A stretch of DNA of 59,758 bases, counting the filler, from Candidatus Babelota bacterium (GTDB taxonomy: Bacteria; JAGOBX01), in the NCBI GenBank assembly GCA_017999075.1. It is 8 parts of 8 records of this genome, joined end to end, with 100 filler letters (N's around TTAATTAATTAA, not from the genome) between each part and the next. Parts side by side here need not be neighbours in the genome. Positions count along the whole stretch, not along the records: positions 15,154 to 22,538 come from JAGOBX010000165.1; positions 22,639 to 30,015 come from JAGOBX010000166.1; 6 more parts are not named here. One strand, 5' to 3'. The translations under genes and the position numbers were made by a program. The notes under the pieces were generated by a model. That model searched no databases and was not told the origin of the DNA. It worked only from the letters and a program-made list of their open reading frames with translations. The stretch's first letter is position 1. Each line of letters starts with the position of its first letter. This document shows, piece by piece, positions 16,440-27,132 of this stretch.

Positions 16440-18593
16440 TTATTTCAAAGTATAATTTCTGCATCTTTTAAGAAGCAATTCAAACTCCTTTAAAGAATTA
16501 TTAAGATTTTTAATATCAAAAGTTTCTGTGTATTGTAAAGATTCAACTGCCCAATTTTCTAAATCGCTGTTTTTTTTGTCTTTCGACAAAATTATGATTT
16601 CTTTTAAAAATTTTTCAATTCTGTCGATTGCAAATGTCATCATTAACGATGAAAAATCATTATAAATGTTTTCATTGAATATCTGTTTTAAATCAGCAAG
16701 CCGGTTGTCAGGAATTTCATTTATACTGATTCGTGTTGACTGCTTGTTTTTTTCAGGAATATAGGAATCGTCAATTTTATAAGGAAGATGTTTTATTAAT
16801 TCATCTTTCAGGGTTTGAATCGTTAAAGGTTTTTTTAAAAAACCGTCAAATCCGAGAATTGCTGTCTTTTTGATCATTTCAGGGAAAGAATAAGCGCTTA
16901 CAGCTATTACAGGAATAGAAGATAATTCTTTTTCACTGCGTATCATTTTTATCAGTTCAAGTCCATCTATCTCAGGCATTCGGATGTCAAGAAGAATAAT
17001 ATCAGGTTTTTCCTTTAAAGCCAAGGGAATAGCCATTCTGCTGTCTCCGGTTTCATTAACGCGCAAATCTAAATTTTTCAGCATTTTTTTCAGCAATATT
17101 CGGTTGATTTCAAGATCGTCAACAACAAGGCATAAAGAATTTTTAAATTTGATTTTCTTAATATCTTCAATTGTATTAAGAATTTTTGAATGAACTCCTA
17201 TTTTAATGCAGGGAATCATAATCTTGAAAATTGTTCCACCTGCTTCCCTGTTTTCAAGATTAACTGTTCCGTGCATAAGTTCAGTCAGACTTTTTACTAT
17301 TGCCAATCCAAGTCCTACTCCGTAATTAGGAGATGAATTTTTTTCATCCTGAGAAAAAGCTTCGAATACATAATTGAATTTTTCTGGTGAAATGCCTGAT
17401 CCGCTGTCTTCTATAATGATTATTAAATCAACTGTCTCATTTTGAATATTTTCGTTTTCACTTCGGAAAACTAATTTTATATATCCTTTTTTTGTGTGTT
17501 TTACAGAGTTATTAATGAGATTGCAAATTATTTGACGCATTCTGTATTCGTCAAATATTAAAAAACTATGCATTGACTCTCCTATTTCAATGATAAATTC
17601 AAGTTTTTTTGATTTTATTTTTTCTGAATAATTAGATTCAATCCCGGTTATAAAATCTTTTATATTTACATTATTCGGATTTAATTCAAATTTTTTTGCT
17701 TCAAGTTTTGAAATATCAAGCAGATCATTTATAAATATAAGAAGATCATCACATGACCGGTTTATTATTTTTAAATAATTCTTTTGTTTGTGAGTCAGGT
17801 TATCATCGTTTATTAGTTCTGAAAAACCTATTATGGCGTTAAGAGGAGTTCTTATATCGTGGCTTACATTTGCATAAAAAACATTTTTAGCTTTATTGGC
17901 ATGTTCTGCAGTTTCTTTTTCTTTTAAATATTGGGATGTACGCAAATTTACTTCATTCTGAAGGTTATCTTTTAGGTTTAACAGCCGTTTCAATATTGTT
18001 TCAAAAAGTTTGCTGAAATAAAGAAGTATCGTAATTGCGCAAATGAAAAGAGTCAGAGGAAGAACCATATTATCAAAAAAAATTTTTTTGTTTTCATATA
18101 TAATTGCAGACATAAACGCAAGTATTACTGATACTGCTAATATAACAGTATGTTTTCTTCCTAAAAAAAATGTTGAAACCAGGCACATATAAAACTGCAG
18201 AATGCAAAACTGAAACATTAAAGCTACCTTTGTTCTTATAAATTCGTAACCGCCTTGATATTTAAATAAAATAGAATATATTATAATATTGTAAATGAAG
18301 TTTGTATAAATAATGTATAAAAAAATTTTTTTTGTTTTTTTTAAAATGAAAATAAAAAATAGTCCGATAATATTAATCATCATATTTATCAAAGAAATGT
18401 AGAACATCACAGAAGATATTCCTGTTCTGCAGAATGCTAAAAAGAAGCTTAACATTATTATGTATATGAGAGTCAGTATTATTGCTTTCCTTTTTACGGA
18501 ATTTATATAATTTTCTATGTTGTCTATATCCATTTTTTCAGGAAAAGTGTTTTGTAAATATTTACTTTTAAGGCTGGAAAATAAAGCGTTCAT
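16440..18593 (-). CDS. Membrane-bound hybrid histidine kinase (HisKA-HATPase-REC)
   Basis: About 6 TM segments; SHDIRTPLNAI H-box, NLINNSVKHT N-box, DSGSGI, GVGLGL; REC PDIILLDIRMP. Confidence 0.92.
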   Translation of the reverse strand: MNALFSSLKSKYLQNTFPEKMDIDNIENYINSVKRKAIILTLIYIIMLSFFLAFCRTGISSVMFYISLINMMINIIGLFFIFILKKTKKIFLYIIYTNFIYNIIIYSILFKYQGGYEFIRTKVALMFQFCILQFYMCLVSTFFLGRKHTVILAVSVILAFMSAIIYENKKIFFDNMVLPLTLFICAITILLYFSKLFETILKRLLNLKDNLQNEVNLRTSQYLKEKETAEHANKAKNVFYANVSHDIRTPLNAIIGFSELINDDNLTHKQKNYLKIINRSCDDLLIFINDLLDISKLEAKKFELNPNNVNIKDFITGIESNYSEKIKSKKLEFIIEIGESMHSFLIFDEYRMRQIICNLINNSVKHTKKGYIKLVFRSENENIQNETVDLIIIIEDSGSGISPEKFNYVFEAFSQDEKNSSPNYGVGLGLAIVKSLTELMHGTVNLENREAGGTIFKIMIPCIKIGVHSKILNTIEDIKKIKFKNSLCLVVDDLEINRILLKKMLKNLDLRVNETGDSRMAIPLALKEKPDIILLDIRMPEIDGLELIKMIRSEKELSSIPVIAVSAYSFPEMIKKTAILGFDGFLKKPLTIQTLKDELIKHLPYKIDDSYIPEKNKQSTRISINEIPDNRLADLKQIFNENIYNDFSSLMMTFAIDRIEKFLKEIIILSKDKKNSDLENWAVESLQYTETFDIKNLNNSLKEFELLLKRCRNYTLK

Positions 18594-18612
18594 ATTTTAT
18601 AAAAAATAAGTC

Positions 18613-20709
18613 TTATTTTTTTAAAATTAATTTTTTGAAAAACTCAGGTTCGTGAAACCAGTTTTTAGTTTTTCCGAACGCGTAAAAAGTATAAGAATCT
18701 TTGCTTTTATCTATTCTGTAAACATTGAACTTGGCGTCAGGATATTTATCATAACCTTTTGGAAAAATTGATGCTACTGGTATTTTGATTTCTGCTGAAT
18801 AACCTGAGTTATGCCTGTTTGCCCCAGTTTCAAGAAATCCGCAATTCCATAATATTGCCTTGTCGAAATTTATGTTTCCGCCGTTATAAATTATTTCTGC
18901 ATCAAATACTGTATTAATCGGACTCACTTCAAACTCGAAATATTTTTCGCCTCTGCCTTCAGGATCAATGAAAATTTCAACACAATCGTCATTATACACT
19001 TTTCCATCGCGTTTTGTTTCATCAACAGAAAAAAAATCGTCTTTACAAACAAATGAAACATATAAGTTTTCCTCGTTCAGCAATATTTTTGCCACAGTAT
19101 GATTTTCAGTAAGTTCACCTGTTTTAATGTTATAAAATTTATTTATCGGTTTGATTTTTTTCCAGACTTTTTCGTCCGGAATTCCGTCAATAACAATTTG
19201 TTCTGATTTTATAACAGTCAATTTGTAACCTGAAGAAGAAGGAGTGGAACAATTCAATATTACTGCTGCAATAACCATTAAAATTAAAGAATTAATTCCG
19301 GTACTGTTTATTTTGATATATTTTTTTGAAAATATCAATACAGAAAGACTTAGGAAAATTGCAATAATATTTATATGAAGTTTGCTTATGCCTGTAATAA
19401 TACATTTGCTTACTTCACTTACATAATCTTTGTTTTTATCTGATTTTAATAATTCTTCCAGATAAGTTTGTTCCCCGTCTTTCCAAAAAAATTTGCTTGA
19501 TTTGATTGAAGATTCAAAATATTTTTCAAGAATTTTGTTTTCATTATAGCTTACTGTTAAATAATTTTTTAAAGAGTCTTCTGATTCTTTTTTTCTTATT
19601 CCGCCAATGATTTCTTTGGCTTTGATTTTCATATCTTCAATGTATAACAGTAATGAATTGTCGTCAATAAATGTGATTTTTTTCGATTCGAGCGATTTTA
19701 AAATATATGAATAAAGATATTTATTGAATTTGATTGATTTGATCTCTTCAATATTTCCGGATGCTTTTCCGTCGGCTAAATCATTCATATATTTGTAATG
19801 CTGGTAATATGCAAGATATCTGTCTCTCCTGAAAATATGAACCCTTAATTCATGTATGAACGGAAATTCTTTTGCATTATATTTGTCAATGAAGTTTCCG
19901 TAACTTGAATCATCCGAAGTATTTATAAGAGCTGTGGTACTGATTGCTTCTGACGAATCAATTGATTTTATTTCGTTTTCTGATATTCTCGAAAAAAACG
20001 AAATGTTTTCTGAAGATATTTTATATCCGTAATCAGGTATGCAGTTTAGAAATATGGCAGAAGATATAAATGCTGTAATAATGATTATATTTGAAATCAG
20101 TAAATTCCGTTTTAATATTCTCGGTGTTAAATTAGGAGGAAAACATTTGCCGATAAGTAAAATTATGAGCCAGCACGCTGCAGCATTCCACATAACATCG
20201 TCAAACTCGCCGCTTCTGTTTGGCAGAAAATGCTGAATGGTTTCGTCTATAAGACCTATCATATAAGCAGCTGCGCATGAAATGGAATATATGGTCCTGT
20301 CAAAAACCGATTGTTTCAGTGCGGATATAATGAATAAAGACAAAAGACCGTATTCAATAAAATGAATTTTTTCCGTGGGAATTTCCATTTTTATGAGAAA
20401 ATAACCATAAACCAAAAATATCCCTGTAAACCAAAATATTTTTTTTAGTTTATTTTGAGATTTGATGATTTTTATGAATAAAAATATCAATGAAATGAAA
20501 ATTATTATAGCTGCAATCCAGCCAATCATATCGTAACCTGAAACTTTTTTTGAAATGAGTTTTTCTATTATTCCGGCTAAAATTATAGAAATTTTATTTT
20601 TATCAAGAACTCCTGAAAGCCATCGTATAACATCAGGACCATAGGGTAAAGTAAGAAATATAACTGCCGAATATAATATTACTGAAATCCATTTTATGGT
20701 TTTTTTCAT
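18613..20709 (-). CDS. VanZ-like membrane domain fused to a C-terminal CBM9/DOMON-like sugar-binding domain
   Basis: EKIHFIEYGLL...DETIQHFLPNRSGEFDDVMWN (VanZ-like); IDGIPDEKVW, DDCVEIFIDP, YFEFEVSP, YSAEIKIP and WFHEP (CBM9-like). Confidence 0.75.
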   Translation of the reverse strand: MKKTIKWISVILYSAVIFLTLPYGPDVIRWLSGVLDKNKISIILAGIIEKLISKKVSGYDMIGWIAAIIIFISLIFLFIKIIKSQNKLKKIFWFTGIFLVYGYFLIKMEIPTEKIHFIEYGLLSLFIISALKQSVFDRTIYSISCAAAYMIGLIDETIQHFLPNRSGEFDDVMWNAAACWLIILLIGKCFPPNLTPRILKRNLLISNIIIITAFISSAIFLNCIPDYGYKISSENISFFSRISENEIKSIDSSEAISTTALINTSDDSSYGNFIDKYNAKEFPFIHELRVHIFRRDRYLAYYQHYKYMNDLADGKASGNIEEIKSIKFNKYLYSYILKSLESKKITFIDDNSLLLYIEDMKIKAKEIIGGIRKKESEDSLKNYLTVSYNENKILEKYFESSIKSSKFFWKDGEQTYLEELLKSDKNKDYVSEVSKCIITGISKLHINIIAIFLSLSVLIFSKKYIKINSTGINSLILMVIAAVILNCSTPSSSGYKLTVIKSEQIVIDGIPDEKVWKKIKPINKFYNIKTGELTENHTVAKILLNEENLYVSFVCKDDFFSVDETKRDGKVYNDDCVEIFIDPEGRGEKYFEFEVSPINTVFDAEIIYNGGNINFDKAILWNCGFLETGANRHNSGYSAEIKIPVASIFPKGYDKYPDAKFNVYRIDKSKDSYTFYAFGKTKNWFHEPEFFKKLILKK

Positions 20710-22412
20710 TTGAGATTAACCTCTGTCCAATCGCTGAATTCCAAAGGGTCTTTATCAATTGAAACCCTTATTTTAAAAGGGTTTCTCACTACAAGATATG
20801 TATCCCAGTAACTCCGTGAAAATGAACCGAATTTTTTTGAGTTTCCTGTAACTTTAATTTTTCCGTCAAGATAATAATCTCCTTTACCTACTTTATATTC
20901 TATTATATATGGAACGTCATTTTTTCCTGACCATTTGAATTCAATTACTCCGTCTTTTAAATTGTTGTAATCTACATACTGACCGTTTGTTTCAGGAAAA
21001 ATAAATTGAGGAGGAGATGGAACTCCTGTAAGATCTATTTTTGTTTCGATTCCGAAAAAAGATTTTATTCTGCCGATTACGCCTAAATTTAATTTTGGTT
21101 CAGGAGGATAAATCTGTTCGCATTTCATATGCCAGTCAAATAATTGTTTTTTCAAATCTTTTACAATTTCAGGATTGCTGTCTATAACATTGTTTTGTTC
21201 TGCAGGATCTGATTTGATATTATATAATTCAAATCTGGAAGGTGTTTCTTCGTATTGGTAATGTATAAGTTTCCATTCTGAAGTTCTTACGCAGCTTATG
21301 TAATCCGTAACTTTTTCCGGATTCGGTTCGTTATATCCTGACCTCGAAGTTTCGCTGAATACTGTTCTGTCCTGTTGTTCTTTTCCTGTAATCATACTAA
21401 TCAGAGATTTGCCCCGCAGATATTCAACAGGTTTTAAATTCAGCAGTTCAAGAATTGTCGGCATAATGTCGATTCCGCTTGCTTGATAAGGTATTTTTAT
21501 ATTTTGAGGCAGTTTTTTCGGAAAAGAAATTATGAACGGAGTATGTATGATTTCATCATATAAATGTCCGGCTCCTGACGTGGAAGCGTGCCCGACAAAA
21601 TTGTGATCAAGAAGTTCTTCTCCGTGGTCTGCCCCTATGACTATTATAGTTTTATCCCGTAAATTATATTTGTCAAGCATATCAAGAAGTTTTTGGATTT
21701 GTTCGTCCATATATTTTATTTCAGCGTCATACAATGCGTCCATAGGTTCTTTATCTTCAGGTTTAAATTCTATTTTTCCTTTTAGGAGCAGGTATGTTTT
21801 GATAACTGTGTTTTTCATACGTTCTTTACTTTCACTGTTTTTATATAAATCATCTGAAACAAATTGTTTAATATGAGTATCTGTTGAATCGTAAGGAAGA
21901 TGAGGCTGCAGGAACTGATACCACAGGAAAAATGGTTTGTCATGGTTTTCTTCAATCCATTTGTCAGGTTCCATATTAATATAATCGTCAAATCCGAGAA
22001 AACTGTGGTTTTGGTCATTTTGCCACGGTTGAAGCCTGGGAATGGAGTATCCGTATGAAGCGAGTATTTCAAGAGGCAAATGCCATTTAGAATCTATATT
22101 ACGCTGTCTGCATACTACTTTATGAATCGGAGAATCGAGAGATGAAAAAATTGATACCAGATTCTGGTTTGTCCATCCTGAAGGATTTATCATCTTTTTA
22201 AATAAAACTCCTGATTTCGCTATAGAATCAATTGCAGGGCTTGTAATGCGTTTGTTGTAACCGTAACAATTCAAATGATCAGGTCTGAATGAATCGCCTG
22301 TGATATACAATATATTATATTTTTCAATTTTTTCTGCGGTTTTGAATTTTAAATGAAAATATACTGAAAATACTATAATTGCAATTATTATTGAAAAAAA
22401 TATTTTTTTCAT
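20706..22412 (-). CDS. Sulfatase / alkaline-phosphatase superfamily hydrolase or transferase
   Basis: YITGDSFRPDHL, QPHLPY, YDAEIKYMD, ADHGEE and ELYNIKSDPAE motifs; N-terminal anchor; ATGA overlap with the downstream gene. Confidence 0.88.
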   Translation of the reverse strand: MKKIFFSIIIAIIVFSVYFHLKFKTAEKIEKYNILYITGDSFRPDHLNCYGYNKRITSPAIDSIAKSGVLFKKMINPSGWTNQNLVSIFSSLDSPIHKVVCRQRNIDSKWHLPLEILASYGYSIPRLQPWQNDQNHSFLGFDDYINMEPDKWIEENHDKPFFLWYQFLQPHLPYDSTDTHIKQFVSDDLYKNSESKERMKNTVIKTYLLLKGKIEFKPEDKEPMDALYDAEIKYMDEQIQKLLDMLDKYNLRDKTIIVIGADHGEELLDHNFVGHASTSGAGHLYDEIIHTPFIISFPKKLPQNIKIPYQASGIDIMPTILELLNLKPVEYLRGKSLISMITGKEQQDRTVFSETSRSGYNEPNPEKVTDYISCVRTSEWKLIHYQYEETPSRFELYNIKSDPAEQNNVIDSNPEIVKDLKKQLFDWHMKCEQIYPPEPKLNLGVIGRIKSFFGIETKIDLTGVPSPPQFIFPETNGQYVDYNNLKDGVIEFKWSGKNDVPYIIEYKVGKGDYYLDGKIKVTGNSKKFGSFSRSYWDTYLVVRNPFKIRVSIDKDPLEFSDWTEVNLK

Positions 22413-22538
22413 AAACAGTTCCGCCTTTAAAATAATATGAAATTAATATTGTTTATAATATTTATTCTCAAAAAAAATACAAGGGATTAAAGCATTAAAC
22501 AGTAAATTAGTTCGCATTTTCAAAAAACCATGAATGAA

Positions 22539-22638
22539 NNNNNNNNNNNNNNNNNNNNNNNNNNNNNNNNNNNNNNNNNNNNTTAATTAATTAANNNNNN
22601 NNNNNNNNNNNNNNNNNNNNNNNNNNNNNNNNNNNNNN
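22539..22638. other. Artificial contig linker
   Basis: N44-TTAATTAATTAA-N44. Confidence 0.99.
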
Positions 22639-22883
22639 GAAATATACCGTTCGAGTTCAAATTCCTGTTTGAACTGTCTGATATTTTTTTTTATCCACAT
22701 AATATTTTTATTCTTATATTTTTTCAGTAAATATTTGGAAACAACATAAGAAGATAAAAATGTTTTGGTTTTAAACTTATATACTTTATTTTTTGGAGAA
22801 TTGACAATTTTTATTTTAACGATTTCTTCCCCGCCGGAAAACAAACCCCATTCTTTTGAATTATCATTATATTTCCATTCCAT
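22639..22883 (-). CDS. Hypothetical protein, 3' truncated
   Basis: ORF open to the contig end; TTGACA-like element upstream near 22914-22919. Confidence 0.45.
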
Positions 22884-23059
22884 AGTTAATATTAAATTTT
22901 AATATGTCTGATTTGTCAATAAATATTTTAAAATATTTGTAATTGAAAAATAATAATTATTATAATACAATAACAACGTAACGCAGTTATTTAGGAATTA
23001 AAAATAGAAAGAAAAGTTTTTATAAAATTAAAATAAAATTTTTCTGGTAACCAATTATT

Positions 23060-23533
23060 ATGTCTGATACTGCTAAAAATAAAGGATTCACATTACTTGA
23101 ATTATTGATAGTAATTGTTATTATAGGAATTCTTGCTGCAGCTTCTATTCCGAAATTGTTAAAGGCTATAGATAAGGCAAAAATAAGCAGGGCAATATCT
23201 GACATTGAGGCCATAAACAAATCAATAATATTTTATAAAATTGCCAATAATAAAATACCGGACAATTCGTTAACTGAACTGACGCCGACTTTTATACAGT
23301 CGATACCGAAAGATCCGTGGAATAATGATTATAAATATTATAATCACCGCACATCCGGCGGAACAGGAAAAAAAAGAATGGACGGGCCCATAGTCCCGAT
23401 AAACAAAGAATTTGATTTATACAGCGAAGGAGCTGATTTGAAATCAACACCGAGTATCAGAAGCAATCCGGCTAAAGATGATATAATTTTTGCTAACGAC
23501 GGACAATATATAGGTATTGCGGAAAATTATTAG
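23060..23533 (+). CDS. Type IV pilin-like / GspG-like pseudopilin
   Basis: Prepilin site KG/FTLLELLIVIVIIGILAA; PKDPWNNDYKY and FDLYSEGAD GspG-type motifs. Confidence 0.88.
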   Translation: MSDTAKNKGFTLLELLIVIVIIGILAAASIPKLLKAIDKAKISRAISDIEAINKSIIFYKIANNKIPDNSLTELTPTFIQSIPKDPWNNDYKYYNHRTSGGTGKKRMDGPIVPINKEFDLYSEGADLKSTPSIRSNPAKDDIIFANDGQYIGIAENY

Positions 23534-23556
23534 TTAACCTGAATTATGGAAAAATT

Positions 23557-25845
23557 ATGAAAATTCATAGTGTATTTAAAAGTAAACTTGGACGCAAATT
23601 GATTTTATATTTTTTTATTGTCGGATTGCTCCCTATGTTTTTTTTCGTTTATTTTCTGTCTGTCGAATATAAAACTGAATTTTTTAATAATATATCAAAA
23701 GATTTTAAAAAAAATACCAATATAATAAGCGCGAAAATTTTCGAAGATATATTAGAACGTAAAAATGAACTCAGGTTTATTTCAAAAACGCTTCAGTTGA
23801 AATCAATTTCCGGCAGGTCAGATAAGATAAGACTGGACAATGAGCTATCCGGATTTTTAAAAGAATTTTATAAATTTTCAAGTTTTACAGTTTATGATTA
23901 TACTTCAAAATCTTTAATATATTCGACCTGCGATTCTTCTGTTATTCAGAATGAAAACAATGTTTTTGATTTAAATTCTTCTTTACTGATTAAATATAAA
24001 ACAGATAAAGAAAAATCGGGATTTGCGGATATATTTTTATATCTGCCTGTATTCAGTAAAAATAATATTTCGCTGATTATTGAAGGAAAATTAAAAAATG
24101 AATATTTGTGGGAAGTAACTAAAAGTTTGTATCAGATAAGCAAATCAAATATTATAATATTTGATGAAAACGGGGAAATCCTTATTCATTCTTATTCAGA
24201 CGATAATTCTAAAAAAGCCGTCTCGCTTGATATTATAACTGATAAATCTAAAAATTCTGATGTATTTATTCAGGATAATAAAACACTTGGCGAGATATTT
24301 GTATGTTATTATAAACTTTATATGAAAGGTCAGTTCGGATGCGGAAACTGGACAGTTATAATAACAAAAAAATCTGACGAAGTTCTTGATTCTATAAACC
24401 GTTTGATAAATACTGTTTTTATAACTTCAGCCATTACTGTTTTATTTCTTATATTAGCGGCTTTGATATTAACTCGTCATATTTCTGAGCCGTTATCAAT
24501 ACTTGTTAGCGGTACTAAAGAAATATCAGCAGGTAATCTTGATTTTCAGGCCAATATTAAAGAGACAGAAGATGAAGTGGGTGAATTATTGAAATCTTTT
24601 AATATAATGGCGCGGAATTTAATGAAAACAACAGTTTCGAAAAATTATATTTCGAGCATTTTGAATTCTATAAACGAAGTTATTATAGTTATAAACAATG
24701 AATACATTATTGAAAGCGTTAATGAAAGCATCGGTATTTTTGGATATATTCCTCTGAATATGGAGAAAAAATCAATAGAAATGCTTTTTGGAAAAAATGA
24801 GTTTGAAGATTTTAAAACTAAATTATATGAATTTTTTAATTCTGGAAAAACAAATGGGTTTACAACAAATCTTATTGATAAGGCGGGAAATAAAATTCCT
24901 GTTGATATTCAATTTACTTTTTTTATGAACAAAAACGATAATATTGATAAAATTGTAATTGTTGTCCGTGATTTACGGGAAAAGATTAGAATGTACGATG
25001 AAAAAAATTTTTTAATAACGAATCTTCAGGAATCATATAAACAACTTCATCAAACCCAGAAACAATTAATTCATTCCGAAAAAATGGCTGCTGTGGGAAT
25101 TCTTACAGCTGGGATTACTCATGAAATAAATACTCCAATGACATATATAAATTGGAATTTAAATGCTTTGAAACGTAATTTTGATATAATATCTGATTTT
25201 GTAGAAAAAATAATTAATAAAACCGGGAACAACCTGAAAATCATTGAATCATTTGATGAAAAAGAATTATCAAAAGTGAATTCATCTGTAAAAGAATTAA
25301 AAAATATAATTGATGAAATTAAGGACGGAACTGAAAAGGTTATCAGCATTATAAAAAATTTGAAAGAATATTCTCATCCTGGAACTGAAAAAATTCAGCA
25401 GGTGAATATAAATAAAATTATTGAGAATGTTCTTTCAGTTCTTCATAATAAAACTAAAAATCAAATCAAGATTTTAAAGAATTTTAACAGGATACCAGAT
25501 ATCTATGTTAATTCTCAGCAGTTAAATCAGGTTTTTATGAATATTTTGTTGAATGCTGCTGAGTCTGTTGAATCAAATGGAATAATAGAAGTATCGACAT
25601 TTTACAATAAAGATGATAGAAATATTATGATAGTTATAACTGATAACGGAATAGGGATTCCTGAAGAAAATATTTCGAAAATTTTTGAACCTTTTTTTAC
25701 AACTAAAGATGTGGGGAAAGGTGTGGGTCTGGGATTGAGTATAGCATATAAAATTATGAAAACGCTGAATGGAAGCATATCAGTTGAAAGCAAACCGGGT
25801 TACGGCAGTAAATTCACAGTAACACTTCCCAATACAAACGAATGA
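23557..25845 (+). CDS. Sensor histidine kinase (TM-Cache-like-TM-HAMP-PAS-HisKA-HATPase)
   Basis: HAMP (EPL...GNLD...DEVGELLKSFNIM), PAS, SEKMAAVG..AGITHEINTP, QVFMNILLNA, FEPFFTTK and GVGLGL. Confidence 0.92.
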   Translation: MKIHSVFKSKLGRKLILYFFIVGLLPMFFFVYFLSVEYKTEFFNNISKDFKKNTNIISAKIFEDILERKNELRFISKTLQLKSISGRSDKIRLDNELSGFLKEFYKFSSFTVYDYTSKSLIYSTCDSSVIQNENNVFDLNSSLLIKYKTDKEKSGFADIFLYLPVFSKNNISLIIEGKLKNEYLWEVTKSLYQISKSNIIIFDENGEILIHSYSDDNSKKAVSLDIITDKSKNSDVFIQDNKTLGEIFVCYYKLYMKGQFGCGNWTVIITKKSDEVLDSINRLINTVFITSAITVLFLILAALILTRHISEPLSILVSGTKEISAGNLDFQANIKETEDEVGELLKSFNIMARNLMKTTVSKNYISSILNSINEVIIVINNEYIIESVNESIGIFGYIPLNMEKKSIEMLFGKNEFEDFKTKLYEFFNSGKTNGFTTNLIDKAGNKIPVDIQFTFFMNKNDNIDKIVIVVRDLREKIRMYDEKNFLITNLQESYKQLHQTQKQLIHSEKMAAVGILTAGITHEINTPMTYINWNLNALKRNFDIISDFVEKIINKTGNNLKIIESFDEKELSKVNSSVKELKNIIDEIKDGTEKVISIIKNLKEYSHPGTEKIQQVNINKIIENVLSVLHNKTKNQIKILKNFNRIPDIYVNSQQLNQVFMNILLNAAESVESNGIIEVSTFYNKDDRNIMIVITDNGIGIPEENISKIFEPFFTTKDVGKGVGLGLSIAYKIMKTLNGSISVESKPGYGSKFTVTLPNTNE

Positions 25846-25854
25846 GAACTGCAT

Positions 25855-27105
25855 TTAAAGTTTTGAGAAATAATCAATGTATTCCTGTTTTGCTTCAATG
25901 TCTATAATGGCGTATTCGTCCGTAAATTCAGTTTTATCAACTTGAATTTTGTCAAACATTTGAGTTATAAGATAATATTTTGAAATAGGGAGTTTTAAGG
26001 TTGTTTTTATAGTATTCATATTTAAAATATCAGAAATTTTTTCGATAAGGATATCAATATTTTTTCCTGTTTTTGCGGAACCGATAACAACATTCGGATA
26101 AAGGTTTTTATATTTGTGGATTTTTATAGGATTAACTTCGCTTATATCTGATTTATTAAAAAAAGTAATTACCGGAATGTTTTTAATTTTCAATTCGTCT
26201 AATACTGTATATACGGCATTTATATTGAATTCGAAATTAATGTTTGAAATGTCTACTATATGAACAAGTATATCTGCATATCTGGTAACATCTAAAGTGG
26301 TTTTAAACGCTTCGATTAATTGATGCGGGAGTTTGTTTATAAATCCTACTGTATCTGTTAGTATGATTTTTTTATTGTTAGGCAAAATATATTTTCTTGA
26401 CATTGAATCAAGAGTAGAAAATAAACGGTTCGCCACTAATGCATCTGCATTTGTCAGATGATTCAGAAGCGAACTTTTTCCAGCGTTTGTGTATCCGATG
26501 AAAACGATATTCGGACAATTCAATCTTTGTTTGCGCTGTGTTTCACGCTGAATTTCCACGTTTTTTAATTTATTTTTTAAAATGGAAATCCGTTTTTTTA
26601 TAGTTCTTTTATCGAGTTCAAGCTGCGTTTCTCCAGGTCCCCTTGTTCCGATCATTCCAACCTGCTGAGAGAAGCTTGTATAAATGTTCTGCAATCTTGG
26701 AAGTTCATAACTGTATTTGGCGAGTTCTATCTGAAGTTTGGCTTCATTAGAAGACGCGTGGAGCGCGAAAATATCTATTATTAAAGCAGTCCTGTCAATA
26801 ACCCTTATTTTTAAAAATGATTCAAGATTCCTTTGCTGGGAAGGAGAAATATCTTCATCGAAAATTACAAGTTCTGCCGAATGTTTATCGCATTCAAGTT
26901 TTATTTCATTAAGTTTTCCTGAACCGATATAATATTTTGAATCAATAGATTCTCTTATCTGATAAATTATTTTTACAACATTTCCGCCTGCGGTTTCGGT
27001 TAAAAATTTAAGTTCGTCAAGAGATTTCAATAAATTATTTTTTTGAGTTTCATCAATGGTCATTCCGACCAGCAGAACTTTTTCCGATTTAGTGATTTCT
27101 GTCAT
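25855..27105 (-). CDS. hflX: GTPase HflX
   Basis: GTRGPGETQLE, GYTNAGKS, LFSTLD, DTVGFI and NKSD motifs. Confidence 0.95.
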   Translation of the reverse strand: MTEITKSEKVLLVGMTIDETQKNNLLKSLDELKFLTETAGGNVVKIIYQIRESIDSKYYIGSGKLNEIKLECDKHSAELVIFDEDISPSQQRNLESFLKIRVIDRTALIIDIFALHASSNEAKLQIELAKYSYELPRLQNIYTSFSQQVGMIGTRGPGETQLELDKRTIKKRISILKNKLKNVEIQRETQRKQRLNCPNIVFIGYTNAGKSSLLNHLTNADALVANRLFSTLDSMSRKYILPNNKKIILTDTVGFINKLPHQLIEAFKTTLDVTRYADILVHIVDISNINFEFNINAVYTVLDELKIKNIPVITFFNKSDISEVNPIKIHKYKNLYPNVVIGSAKTGKNIDILIEKISDILNMNTIKTTLKLPISKYYLITQMFDKIQVDKTEFTDEYAIIDIEAKQEYIDYFSKL

Positions 27106-27132
27106 TAAAATTGAAATTAAAATTAATTTTAG

